In this document: piece after piece, positions 1-13,689 of the stretch | Layout: each line of letters starts with the position of its first letter | Numbering within the stretch: the first letter of the stretch is position 1 | Origin: Octopus vulgaris | Lineage: Eukaryota | Direction of reading: 5' to 3' | DNA: 64,000 bases | NCBI GenBank assembly: GCA_951406725.2 | Contig: OX597828.1 | Coordinates: 32,798,001-32,862,000, forward strand | Made by a program: the position numbers and the translations under genes | The notes under the pieces: generated by a model | The model's database searches: none | What the model was told of the DNA's origin: nothing | Seen by the model: only the letters and a program-made list of their open reading frames with translations

Positions 1-329
1 CCCCCTTCGGTCATGAATGACCATGGGATTGCACCTAGAAAGTTACCCTCCTAGACCCAAGTCCGGGCAAGGTTGTGTATGGAAGACCAGCAGTCGCCCA
101 TGCATACCAGCCTCCCCTGTCCACGCTACCGATGTTATCCAAGGGAAAGACAAAGGTCGATACAGCTTGGCACCAGTGACGTCGCAACTCATTTCTACAG
201 CTGAGTGAACTGGAGCAACGTGAAGTAAAGTGCTTTGCTCAAGAACACAACACGCAGCCCGGTCCGGGATTCGAGCTCACAACCTCACGATCGTAAGCTC
301 GACGCTCTAACCACTGAGCCATGCGCCTT
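1..329 (-). mobile_element. tRNA-derived SINE (head H1 + Meta/CORE-like central domain + tail T1), 3' end at or beyond window edge
   Basis: Minus strand reads GGCGCATGGCTCAGTGGTTAGAGC (A box)...GAGCTCGAATCC (B box), then TGTGTTCTTGAGCAAAGCACTTTACTTCACGTTGCTCCAG, shared with the copy at 53761-54080. Confidence 0.85.
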
Positions 330-756
330 CACATCTATAAGAAATGAGAATACAGGTGGGGCCACAACTTTGAGTCAAGTTCATAAAGTGGCATGAACAT
401 ACTTGCTGTATAAAAACACAGATACAGATGAAATACACACTCACAGACATGCATACACATACACACACAGAGGCACAGGGACACTTATATGTATATGTGG
501 ATATATTTCGCAAGAAAATAAAGCAGGATTATTCGAAATATGAGTACAATATATTTGGTAAGCTTCTACGTTTATCAGATTTGCACGTCAGTCCTGGGTA
601 GACATGAAGCTATGTATATGAGTTGCCGCATATCGTGATCGAACTTGGAACGCGAACGATTGCAAAGCGAACTTTTAGATTAAATAATCATTCCTGCGTC
701 AACTCATATACATACATACACACACACACACACGCACACACACACACACACACACA

Positions 757-802
<46 letters not shown>

Positions 803-814
803 TATATGTATATT

Positions 815-852
<38 letters not shown>

Positions 853-871
853 TATATATATATATATATAT

Positions 872-1270
872 CTTTTACTCTTTTAATTATTTTAGCCATT
901 TGACTATGGCGATGCTGAAGCACCACCTTCAGTCGAGCAAATCGATCCCAGGTCTTATTCTTTGTAAGCCTAGTACTTATCTTATCGGTCTTTTTTGCCG
1001 AACTGCTAGGTTACGGGGACCTAAACACACAAGCGTCGGTTGTCAAGCGATGTTAGTGGGACAAACACAGACACACAAACATATGCCCATATACATATAT
1101 ATATATACACATGTATACGACGGGCTTCTTCTCAGTTTCCGTCTGCCAAATCCCCTCACAAAGCTTTGGTCGGCCTCCTGAGGCTATAGTAGAAGCACTT
1201 GCCCAAGTTGCCACGCAGTGAACCATGTGGTTTATAAGCAAGTTACTTACCACACAACCACTCCTACTCC
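872..1270 (-). mobile_element. CORE-type tRNA SINE with internal (TA)/(TG) microsatellite
   Basis: Collinear with 61098-61500 and with the 5' half at 49555-49800; CORE-like CTTGGGCAAGTG..CTTCTACTATAGCC motif on the minus strand. Confidence 0.85.
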
Positions 1271-1769
1271 TATATATATATGCGCTTGCATATCTACATG
1301 AACAGGTATATGCAGAAATATATATACGTACATAGTTTCTGATGTTGTATAATATATATTACTGTAGAGTAGTTATTAGAATGCGCCTTTTAAGCTTGCA
1401 ACGGATCCCTGCCTGGGCGCTAGAGAAAGCAAGTAAGCAGATATAAAAGATACATTTAACGGATGTTTCCTTGTTTTTTTTCACTTCTGCATCTATCGCG
1501 TTAAATGATACGTGGCTATCCTTGACGACGTCTTTTTTAATGGCAACTACCTCATTTATAAAGCTGATATCTTAGGAAAAATCACGGGAATCAAACACTG
1601 TATGTTCTTTATATATCTTTCATTCACAGATTGTTCATAGAAAACTTTTGACGCTTCTGTAACTTGCACATAAATGTATTCTTTACGCATGTAAAATTGC
1701 GTGTATTTATTCATGTGTATATTTAAGTATGCATGTATAAACTACTCTCATACCACACACACACATATA

Positions 1770-1805
<36 letters not shown>

Positions 1806-1902
1806 TGTATGTATATATGTAAATGTGTATATATATATATATATGTATATATATGTATGTATGTATATGTATATATATATATTTATTTGTGTGTGTGTAT
1901 GA

Positions 1903-1938
<36 letters not shown>

Positions 1939-2731
1939 GTGTTATTTATCTGCCTGTGTGTGTGTGTGTGTGTGTGTCCATATACATGTATATATGTATG
2001 TATGCAAGAATGTGTTTGTATATTAATCTGATCAATTTTCTAACATCACTTTGGCATTTGACTCAACTCTGACAGTTCTGAGAACCTAAGATCAGACATT
2101 TCTATCCCACAGGTTGATTATTCAGCTTGATCGCTGTGACTGGAAAGCACGCCAGTATATCGGATATATTACAATTTTTCATCTGCGCCAAGATATATGC
2201 AAATATCTTCAGTGCTGCTACGCAGATTCTGTTGTTGTGATAATTATCACTGCCAAGATTGATTTCATGCGTTTCGAAGGTAATATCTCTCGTGGCTTTA
2301 AGTTTCACACCGAACTGAATGGACAATTATTATTTTTTTCTTCCTCTCTAAACCAGCTAAATATGATTGAATAAACGTATTTAGTGACATCATGTTGCAT
2401 GTCCAGGTTTTCCAATTAATCTAGGAAGGTTGTATCTCTTCTGAGAATCATTAAATTTATTCGCCTTTTCTAACATTGAGTGAACTTTAGCAATCATTAT
2501 TTTATATCTAAATACATCAAGCTTGCGTAGAAGAATTTCACTAAAGATTATCTTATCATATCCAGCTTCAAGTATGTAGATTTGACACTTTTGTTATTTT
2601 GTAATACAAGCTATGTTGCCAATAAATTTCAAACAAATGATGGGATTAACGATCGATCCTACTTCTGTGCGATTTGTGATTTCTCAAACAGCTGGGTACA
2701 AAGGTTCAAAATGTTCCCACAACAGATATCT

Positions 2732-3140
2732 CTTTCTTTACTACACACAAGGGGCTAAACACAGAGAGGACAAACAAGGACAGACAAACGGATTAAGTCG
2801 ATTATATCGACCCCAGTGCGTAACTGGTACTTATTTAATCGACCCCGAAAGGATGAAAGGCAAAGTCGACCTCGGCGGAATTTGAACTCACAACGTAGCG
2901 GCAGACGAAATACCTATTTCTTTACTACCCACAAGGGGCTAAACACAGAGAGGACAAACAAGGACAGACAAACGGATTAAGTCGATTACATCGACCCCAG
3001 TGCGTAACTGGTATTTAATTTATCGACCCTGAAAGGATGAAAGGCAAAGTCGACCTCGGCAGAATTTGAACTCAGAACGCAACGACAGACGCAATACCGC
3101 TAAGCATTTCGCCCGTTGTGCTAACGTGTCTACCAGCTCG
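2732..3140 (-). mobile_element. Nin/Deu-domain-like tRNA SINE with two tandem internal units; 15-bp TSD
   Basis: Head GAGCTGGTAGACACGTTAGCAC..., B box GAGTTCAAATT, Nin-like GCCTTTCATCCTTTCGGGGTCGAT..AAGTACCAG twice; direct repeat CCACAACAGATATCT at 2717-2731 and 3141-3155. Confidence 0.9.
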
Positions 3141-5319
3141 CCACAACAGATATCTACAACTCATTCATTCGACCAGTTAGGAAACGCTGCTAAATCTCCA
3201 TTAAATTACAATAAACCGCATTTTTCGAAATACGTTCAGGAAGTTCAGTTTGGGGATTGATTTTGGAGTCAATTCCTATTGAAATAAAAATGGTCGGTAA
3301 TGCTTTGAATGCCGGTCGTTCATAGATTTTATTGACCAGGGATAACCAGGGCGTAAACAAAATGTGAGTATAAGAAGTATGTAACAAACAACCCACTCTC
3401 TCATAACATTTCTTCAACTCTACAATTCTAGAATAGGATCTGCAAAGAAATTAAAGGATTAATGGAGAGATAAGATCATTAAAAGAAAACAAATGGGTAA
3501 GTTGTAAATTAATAAAGTGTTCTAATTTAATTTAAATATGCGTAATTATTCAAGTATTACGAATTATACTTGAATTATACATTAAGATATTTATTAAGAT
3601 AAAGAAGAGACAAATTTGAAGCATGTAATAAATCTATATTTGCTAATAATTTGAAGAAAAAAAACATGCACCGAATGACGTCAATGTATTTATTGTTAAG
3701 TGGTTTCATAAATATTTCGTCAGAAACTTTTCATCGCATTCTTGTCTTAACACTGAACTCGGAATGCTTGATACGCAGTTTTGTTTTTCTTTCTCTCTTG
3801 TGTTTCTTCAGTGAGTTAAGCGTTTATGTAACTGTTCATATTTGTGTGGGTATGGTTTTAGTAATGGTTTCGTTTTAATTGTATATAATTTTAATATATT
3901 TTATCATTCCTGAATTTAGATTTGTCGCAGAATTAATTATGGTTTTATGTTAGCAAATGTACTATGTATTTGAGATTAAGTATTAAATGCCCCAATTTTT
4001 TCACGGCTACAACTCTAACGTATTATTGTTTTTGAGATTATTACAAATAATATTTAAAAGGTAATTAAGTTTCCTATACAGTTAATATAAGTATTTTCTT
4101 GGGATTGTTGAAATTTAGTGACTAAGAGACTTTATACAACACAGCTTTCCGATATTATAGTAATTCCAAGAAAGTTGAAAGATGTGTATTTTCTCGGCAG
4201 TACACCACAGAGGTAACATATGTCATTTCTGTTGTGTATATTCATTGAATGTATATTGTGGCAATGGGCGGTCTCTAGAATTGTGTCGCCTGTGCGGAAT
4301 TTAGCATACAAAACAGAGGTAATATTTTATCCATGTTTTGGACAGCCAGTTTCCTTCCGACTAGCACTGCTTCTGAAAACATTAGATCGTTCAGTCTCTT
4401 GGTATGATAGTAGTCTTTTGCCTTTGACCTAATTTTTGTCTTACTCTTACTTGTACTCCATGGGTGACCATGATATGTGTTACTTGTCTTCCACATCCTC
4501 CTTGTAACGAGATCCGATAGCCTGAAAAAATATAATATTTTTTTGTCACATTACGAACAAGGCATTGCAATTTCGACGTATTTCCTAGGTAATACAAATG
4601 ATTTGATTTTTCTTTTAATTTGACTTTTATTCACGTTCCCTACATCACACAAATATTTACAGGTTTTATTTGATATTGGTTTATTGATTTTAAAATACAG
4701 GAAACTGTGCAACATTCTGCAGTGTTTCTGAGAGTTGGATCAAGTAAAATAGTAACTTTGATGGTGTACTTAAAAGTTCATCTCATACAAACCTTCTCCT
4801 TTGAAACCACATTCCATAGCCCGTACATAATGTATACATAGTGAAAAAAACACTTTATTTAAAAGTAAAAAGCTTTTACAGAACTGTTTGAATGATTTGA
4901 AGTACTGCAGTATTTAGTTGTGTATCATACATATAAGAAAACGAATCTTATTGAATATCAAGCACTGAGGCATTGAACAGGGAAACTTCAGACGGAGGTT
5001 TATATAGCGAGATAAATGTATCAGGGAAAACACACAAAGATTCCGAACTGTAATCTCGGAAGTAATTTAAAACTGTGTGAAAGAATTTTAAAACAAGCAA
5101 GTTCATGGAATATGCATACCTGTAATTCTCCTGAGAAAGTTACTTTCCGATAGTAATCCTTTTCTAAGTAGTCTATAGAACCAGCAAAATTTGAAAGACA
5201 AAACACATGTTAAAAAGTGCTATCTGTGGACAAACATTGTGAAGGAACGCACACAATACACACACGTATACATTCATACAGACATACATAATTCATATAT
5301 GTATATGTATGTATGTATG

Positions 5320-5389
<70 letters not shown>

Positions 5390-5392
<3 letters not shown>

Positions 5393-5592
5393 ATTCGTTA
5401 GTTACTGCACGCATTTTTTTTCTCTCCTTCTTTCTGTGTTTTTTTTCTCTCTGTGTATCTTTCTGTTGAAGAGCGTAGGCTCGAAACGTTAAATACTTGT
5501 TTTATTTATATTTCCTGAGCGCCATACTAATACAATTGTTTGTTTGTTTTCCACCTGCCTTCGTCTTTTGTCTATTTTCATAAAGCTTCCCG

Positions 5593-5595
<3 letters not shown>
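5390..5595 (+). mobile_element. Penelope-like element 3'-end (pLTR) fragment with HHR-like motif, inserted in (TA)n
   Basis: Homologous to 11295-11508 (+), 57097-57330 (-) and 10140-10345 (-); motif CTGTTGA-A-GAGC-GTAG-GCTC-GAAAC-GTT at 5463-5490. Confidence 0.75.
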
Positions 5596-5647
<52 letters not shown>

Positions 5648-6406
5648 CATGCATGCATACATGCAGATATATATCCATATATATATATACATATATGCAT
5701 AGATATACACATATATACACGCATATCAATGTTTTGTGGTGTGTGTGAATGTGTTTATGCTGTCAACGACATGCATTCAATTTCTACCCATAGAATTTCA
5801 TCAGGAATAGTTAAAAAGGGATTGGGTATTGCGCAGGAAGTTAAAGCATGACGGAAATTAACATGCAAACTCCCCGAGAAAGTAAACCCCCAAAACTACA
5901 CCCGTGATTCAGGAATGTCGCGGGTGGTATGATATTGTCGTCTCAGAGTATAGATAGTGTCTTGTTTCCCTTCTTGTTGCATATTGCGTCTTAGTTCTAA
6001 TGACGTTTTAACTTGCTTTATAATGTCTTATCGTTAATATGTCAATATCGTAGCGAGATAAACTCCACGAATGAATTCCATAACTCTTCCATACACATTG
6101 CATTTATGTATACACACACAAACATATCTTAAAATGATAAATTATATGTTTATTCTATATTTATGTCAACACGTATACAAATATACATATAATATATATA
6201 AGTATAAATATATTTACATATATATATATATATATATAAGAAAATAGTAAAGTGTGAAAAAACGACAGAAGGCTTAAATGTTAAAATATATATATATTTG
6301 TGTCAAAATGTCTGGAGACATTTTCTTATATATTCACCCACGTGCTTTACCAAACAAACTTTCTTATCTATATATATATATATACGTAAATATATATGTA
6401 TATATA

Positions 6407-6447
<41 letters not shown>

Positions 6448-6469
6448 GTAAATATATATGTATATATAA

Positions 6470-6502
<33 letters not shown>

Positions 6503-6539
6503 CGTATACGTACATATATATATATATATATGTATGTAT

Positions 6540-7542
6540 ATTTACTTTCCCTGATTATCTACGACTTCCTTCCACATCTATTTACAAGCTCCTTAATCCC
6601 ATCAATATAAATCTCTCGGTTTCAAACCGAAGAACGCTGAAATGTCAGTTTCGACTTCATCTTGGCTTGCGAAAGATGTCCCCCACATGATTCTGTAAAC
6701 TACGAAACAAATGGTAGTCTGAAGGAGCAAGGCTGGAAGAATAAGTTGGATGAGTAATTTTTTCCCAACTAAGCTCTTTGATCTTCTGTGATGTGATCTT
6801 GGCAGTGTGGGGTCGGGCATTGTCCTGATGAAACATCACTCCTTTTCGATTCAATAAAGCGGTTCTTCTTTTCTTCAAAGCTTTGTTCAAACGCTCTAAT
6901 TGCTGACAGTAGACTTGATTATTGATTGTTGCATTAGGTGGTAACAATTCGAACTGAATTACTCCTTTGGAATCGCATCAGATAGAGAGAAGAAATGTTT
7001 CCCTATGAAGTTCCCTTCTCGGTTTTTGTTGAGCTTTTTCCCTTTTACCAAGCCACACTTTACGAAATTTAACATTTCGAAAGAAGATCCATTTTCGTCA
7101 CCAGTCACCATTCTATCGAAACAGGGTGTAATAAGTTCGTGAGAATGGAGAGAAGAGCAGATGTCAACTCAGGATTTGAGGATGTTTTCGGACAATTCGT
7201 GAGGCGCCCATTTTAGGAATATTTAGGAACATTTCAAAGTTGTTGAAGATGACGATGAACAGTTGTATGGTTTGAACTAAGCTTTATTGCCAATTATTCA
7301 ACTGATAATGTAGGATTTTCTTCAAGTAATGCCTCAAGGAGCTTATCATCAAACACAACTGGACGTTCCGTTCGATCTTCAACTTGAAGGATGAATTTTG
7401 GAAACCATCTTCTGCAAGTTCTTTCATTCAAGTATCCTTTCCCATAAACTGAGTGTATGTTTCGAGTCTCTTGGGATGCAGAATTTCCTTTTTCGTACTC
7501 ATAAATCATTATAATCCTCAAATGCTCTTTAAATACTTCCAT
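6540..7542 (-). pseudogene. Degenerate mariner (DD34D) transposase
   Basis: N-terminal HTH (KEHLRIIMIYEY..ERTCRRWFPKF), VTGDE at ~7095-7110, HQDNARPH and HPTYSSSLAPSDYHLFRSLQ (YSPDLAPSDYHLF-type), C-terminal GIKELVNR..EVVDNQG; several frameshifts; TIRs not visible. Confidence 0.95.
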
Positions 7543-7606
7543 CTTAGAAAGGGTTTTAATCATATAAATTTTAATTCTGTTATTCTGTAAAATAAGATTT
7601 AATTAG

Positions 7607-7607
<1 letters not shown>

Positions 7608-7642
<35 letters not shown>

Positions 7643-7775
7643 TGTATGTATGTATGCATGCATGTATGTATGTCTGTATTTATGCATGTATGTATTTATG
7701 TATGCATGCATGTATGTATGCATGTATGTATGTATGTATGCATGTATGTATGTATATAAGTATGTATGTATGCAT
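7608..7775. repeat. (TATG)n microsatellite
   Basis: Direct reading. Confidence 0.95.
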
Positions 7776-8520
7776 TCATATACTTGCCTATGATTAAGGA
7801 AACTAATTTTAAATTACGTTCTTTAAGCACGTTTTTTTTCCTTTATAATTGCATCATATTTACAAGTAGAAAGATACTCTTGTACTATACGTACTTCTAG
7901 AATTCTCTTCTTTTGCACATACGTTTGTACAGTGAATTCAGTAAGTACTTTCCTTCACACGTAAGTTAAAATTTCTAAATTCAAAAATATATTTGATGAC
8001 ATTTCTCTGAATAAAACCTATAATTGATTAATTAATTAATTAGATAATTGAAATTATGATATTAATTGAACATGTAATTCGTATAAATTCATATGTAATT
8101 GAGCTGTGGGAGAAGATCCTAATATATTTTCGGGGGACATTGATTCTTGAAATGAAAAATCCTTTACGATCTAAAATATTGATGTATATATTTATTATCC
8201 TTGTAATTAAATGTGAGAACACATATATATATAGAGAGAGTTGCAAATACACAAAGTTCGCAACTAATAGATCCACATCCACAAATCCCAAATATTTCTT
8301 AGTGAATCATAAGAAGCCCCAGTAAGCCCTGTTGAGACTTCATTTTGTAAAGTAGATAAATGAATCATAATTCTTCTATCCACTACGAAATATAGCATGT
8401 CAGTAATGCATGAATAGAATATTGTATCTAATTTGGCAACGGATATGCTTTGTATTTGTTAAAATCACTTTAATCACTGGGTCAACCTCACTCCGTTTAC
8501 GAATTCTTCCCAGCAATAAA

Positions 8521-8794
<274 letters not shown>

Positions 8795-9516
8795 TATAAT
8801 CAATTTTTAGGTTTTCAAGAAGAAGGACAGTATCTCACGAATGAGTAATCTTATCGCAAATCTTTTGTGTTTTCCGCAACCCAAGTGATAGTTGTTTTTT
8901 CGGTCTATCGAAGAAAAGTATCTGTTGTGAATAAAATCACAGTGTGAATACTGTACTTTATATTAATTTCTATATTATTATGAAAGTCTCTAGTTTAGGT
9001 TTTGAGAAGAATAATGTAAAGTGGAATGAATTAATAAACGAATTACATTGACTTTGTGTTATGGAAGATAGCAGCTACAAAAGTCCCAAGAATAGATATG
9101 ATTTCTCAGATCTCAGTAATTATTGGTTTCTAAAATATTCATAAGATATATTATAGATATTTTTCATTGTTATTATGATTTCAGTATAAATGCTATTGAA
9201 GTATTATAAATGGAAACAGTCTTTTTATTAGTGATATTCTGATGAATGATTTTGATCACTGATTTGAATATTGTTTACATGAATTCCTATTACAATTCAT
9301 ACAGGTGATATTACGATCAAAAGTCTGATTATTACTAGGAAGCCAAAATTAGATATAATGGACAGGGTTCCCCACAAATAGGATTGCATTCTCCATTAAT
9401 GTTTAAGTTCCATTTACTTCTCGTACAAAATTTTACATAGACTTTACATAATACAACATTATATATGTATATACCTTTGTGTGTTCTTGTGTATGTTTGT
9501 TCCTATATCACCATCA

Positions 9517-9852
<336 letters not shown>

Positions 9853-10038
9853 AGGTTAAAGACACGTATTCTCCGTTTAGAATACACTTCGTAGTTCTCA
9901 AGCCAATTAAACTTGAGCAGGTAGAGCACTGCATATGTTTTCATATCATTTCTATTCTGTGTAAGTGCGACCATTTTATTTGTAAACATATGTGCATTTT
10001 TTTTTATTAAAGGTATCTATTATTTATTATATGTACAC

Positions 10039-10105
<67 letters not shown>

Positions 10106-10139
10106 TATATATATATATGTATATATACATCTATGTATA

Positions 10140-11254
10140 ATTGAAATTTCTAGAACAGCAAAAGGCACAGACAACTGCAGAACCAACAATTGTATTAGTT
10201 TGGCGTGCGGGGAAAAAAAAGGGGGAAATATTTTACAATTGGAGCGTACGCTCTTCGGCAAAAAAGGCATAAGCAGAAATAAATTAAGAGAGAATGAAAA
10301 ACAAAGCATGTAGAGGTCAACGGTCCAACATGGCGAGTGATTGAAAAACAAGGGGAGTTGAATGAAAGGTAGATGATAATAAAGAGAAGATAATATGAAA
10401 GGAAGGTAATAATAATACAGACGTTGAAGGAAATGGCGATAATAATAAGACGGGAGTTAAATGAAAGGGAGATTATAATAGTGATCCCAACAAACTAAGG
10501 TGCGCAGGCACGTATAATATCTGCGAATGGTGTGTTTGAATGTTATCCTGTATGTCTGAAAGGGGAAATTGAGTCTGACGCTGGTGTGTGTGCGTGTGTA
10601 TACGTGCCTGTCGAAGGCGCGTGTGTGTCCTGTGTGATCCTTGCGTGCGGCAGCTGATGTATGCTTTCCACGTGCACATGTGTATATGTGTGTGTCTGTG
10701 ACCAAATAGTGTGCGTGTGTATAGTGTATGTATGTGGACGAAAGTGTGTGTAGCATATGTTTATTCATGATGCGTGTGTATGCATGTATGTGTGTGTCTA
10801 TATTGTCTGTGTTCAGGTATTATGTGCTTTTGTGGGTGTGGACCTGTACAGCATGGTGTGTGGTGTGTGTACTGAGTTAAACAGTGTGTGTAGATGATCA
10901 TGTAGTGGTTCGTGTGGCGACGCTAACGAATTTTTTGGGGTGTATGGATAATGGTGCGTCGTGTGGATGCACGAAGTGGTCAGTGCTATTGTATGTGAAG
11001 TGGGAAGATATTGGGTGGGGTGTATACAATGGTGTGTCAAGTGAGTTATGTGTTGAATTGTGCGTATGAGATGCATGTCTTTGAGGGTACCGAGGTGTGT
11101 GGTTTGAAGGTGTAAAAATGGATGGGGCAGTTGAAGAAAGAACGTGAGTTGAGCCCTTGTGGTTCAAAAGAACAAAGAGAGAAGATTAATTGCTTTTCAC
11201 GGCGAAAGCATAAGTCCGAGACTGTCCGAACACAGACAGATGTTGCAGCGAATA
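10140..11254 (-). mobile_element. Penelope-like element 3' portion: GIY-YIG endonuclease C-terminus, low-complexity 3' region, degenerate HHR-like motif
   Basis: 11254-11128 translates with one frameshift as YSLQHLSVFGQ..DLCFRREKQLIFSLCSFEPQGLNS, resembling the RE..LIF.L....P.GLN end of Neptune/Poseidon-type PLE endonucleases; 10345-10140 is a diverged copy of the 5390 family (TTGCCGA-A-GAGC-GTAC-GCTC). Confidence 0.7.
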
Positions 11255-11620
<366 letters not shown>

Positions 11621-11959
11621 ACATTCAAACCTGCATTTACTTTTATATATGTATATTACGAAATTTATCTATAATAATGATTGCGGAATTTATCGCTAAA
11701 TTTCAAATTCAAACATGTGCTTCTATTTCGTTAATGGAATAATGCAATAATATTTTATCGAGATCATCTTTCTATAGAAAAATATAGTGCAGAACATTTT
11801 ATAAGACCACGAAGACGACAACGTCACATTTTTATGAGTGTGTATGTTTGTGTATGTGTCCTTTCTAAATTTGGCATGGCCGTTGCTATGGCTTGAGAAT
11901 GGTAGACCGTCACCCCAGTAAGTGGCTGACCTCTACAGGTGCGTGAGTCTCTTGAGGTC

Positions 11960-12870
11960 ATCAAAATTAAGAATCCTACGATGTCGGTGAACTCAATCCC
12001 GTCATAGCTTCCCATAAGAATGTCGAACAGTGGATTGCCTTCTTTTTTACCCAGGATAATCGTCTTGATTTAAGATTGACTTCTCGTGTTCACGATGATT
12101 TGACATCGAGATCTTTTATACTACACAATTGCTAAGCAAAATCTAGGATCCTACTGGGTAAGCGGTTTCTATAGCGAAGGATGGAAATCTGCGATTCAAA
12201 CTGCGAAACTCTTATTGGCAGATTTATTCTTGATACTGCGGAACCAGCCGATCACAGTGCGCTTTTGGCTCTTCTATAATCAGATTGGATGGTATCAAGA
12301 ATGTGCTATCTTATAATGCTTATCTTACTTTTATAGGGTTTGATCAAGCTGTATTCAGGTTTGTGATCACTAAGTGTGATATATCAGTGGTGGTAGGGGT
12401 CACGTGGCGAAGCGATCTACGCGATTATCTGTATTAAGGAGGATGGCTAGCACTTTCGCGTCTGTATCGATGTGATTGAATGCTGGGTGGGGATGTCTCT
12501 GTGGCGATGCTTGTCTCATAAGATATCCCTGTTTTGTCTGAGAAGTTATGTACATTAGGTGATTCTTTCATTTTTGCCATGAAGCCATTTAAAGATTTGG
12601 GAAGGGGTAAGAACAATGCTTAAATATTACCTTTTTCACGATGTCCCATGAGTTAGCTGCAAAAGATCTCTCGAGAACATTTCATACAGGGAGGGTACTT
12701 TGCAGATTGGAAGCCAAAATTTTCTGTGGAAGTAATAGCAGATGGATTCTCGTAGAAGTAGGCCTTCTAGCTCCTATGCTTAATGAGGCTTTCAGTTTTC
12801 TACTTGAGCCGTATTCAATAGAGATTCCTTCGTGGTATTTGTACATTATTCGGTGCATACGACAGAAGTT
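11960..12870 (-). pseudogene. Degenerate Naiad-like Penelope retroelement ORF (N-terminus and first half of RT)
   Basis: Motifs in expected order: SYAPNNVQIP..KTESLIK..KAYFYE; FSDKT; LIKP.KS.I.II...IL; VIGWFRSIKNKS; WVKK..NPLFDILMGSYDGIEFTDIVGFLIL (cf. FDVTMGSYDGAE.CELVG motif). Multiple stops and frameshifts. Confidence 0.85.
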
Positions 12871-13304
12871 GCCTCTACAATCCAAACTGTTAACCAGGCA
12901 GTCGTGGATGTAGCTCAACAGGCTCTGGAGAACTTTTGTGGGTGATCGGTCAACCAAAAGAAAAGGCATAGAAAATATTTGGTAGGCTCATGAGGGCCAA
13001 TAAATTTTCCTTTCTAATGCATATAATGATCAACAGCAGTCCATTTTCCAGTAGATGACTTGCACTTCTTGTATTTCTCCATTCGCTAGTTTGACCCTGA
13101 ACGATCCAGGTTACAAGCTTGTGTAACTTTAAGTTGCATGGAACCGTTCCAACTGTTTTTAATAATATGTAACACCTAATACATGTGTTGAGGGCCTTTT
13201 CCTATCGTTAGACCATTCATCCTCGTATATATACATGCGTGTGTGTGTGCATGTGTCTGTGTTTGTGTGTTTGTGTGTTGGTGTGTGTACATGATTACAT
13301 GTAT

Positions 13305-13630
13305 ATATATAAGTTCTGCAAAATTCCGGAGTATTTAAGCGGTTCCAGTCAGTGCTGTTTTCTGCAAATGCTCCACCCTATTGCAGCCCCTATTTGTTCC
13401 ACGCACTTCTCGAAATTTTTTGCCCACTCTTCTCAGGGCTCCGACAATTATTGTTACCGCTACCACTTCTTTCATAGAACACAACTGCTTAACTTCCCCA
13501 GCTAACCTGTAATATCTCTCGAAATTTCTTTCTTCCTTATCGCATAACTTGTTTTCAGCTGGGCATACTATTTCTATGATCCAACGCTATTTGTTTTGTT
13601 TCTCAATTCAGACGATGTCTGGCTTCCTAT
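13305..13630 (-). pseudogene. R4/Dong-clade non-LTR retrotransposon 3' end (restriction-like endonuclease)
   Basis: RKPDIV..WIIEIVCPAENK..KEE..ERY.RLAGEVKQL..IIVGAL..EHLQKTALTGTA.ILR; degenerate. Confidence 0.85.
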
Positions 13631-13645
13631 TCTGATTATTATTAT

Positions 13646-13689
<44 letters not shown>

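Noticed and set aside
10480-10580. Minus-strand peptide RLNFPFQTYRITFKHTIRRYYTCL as a Naiad GIY-YIG piece
   Set aside because: It lies downstream of the endonuclease C-terminus in the PLE 3' region; similarity too weak.
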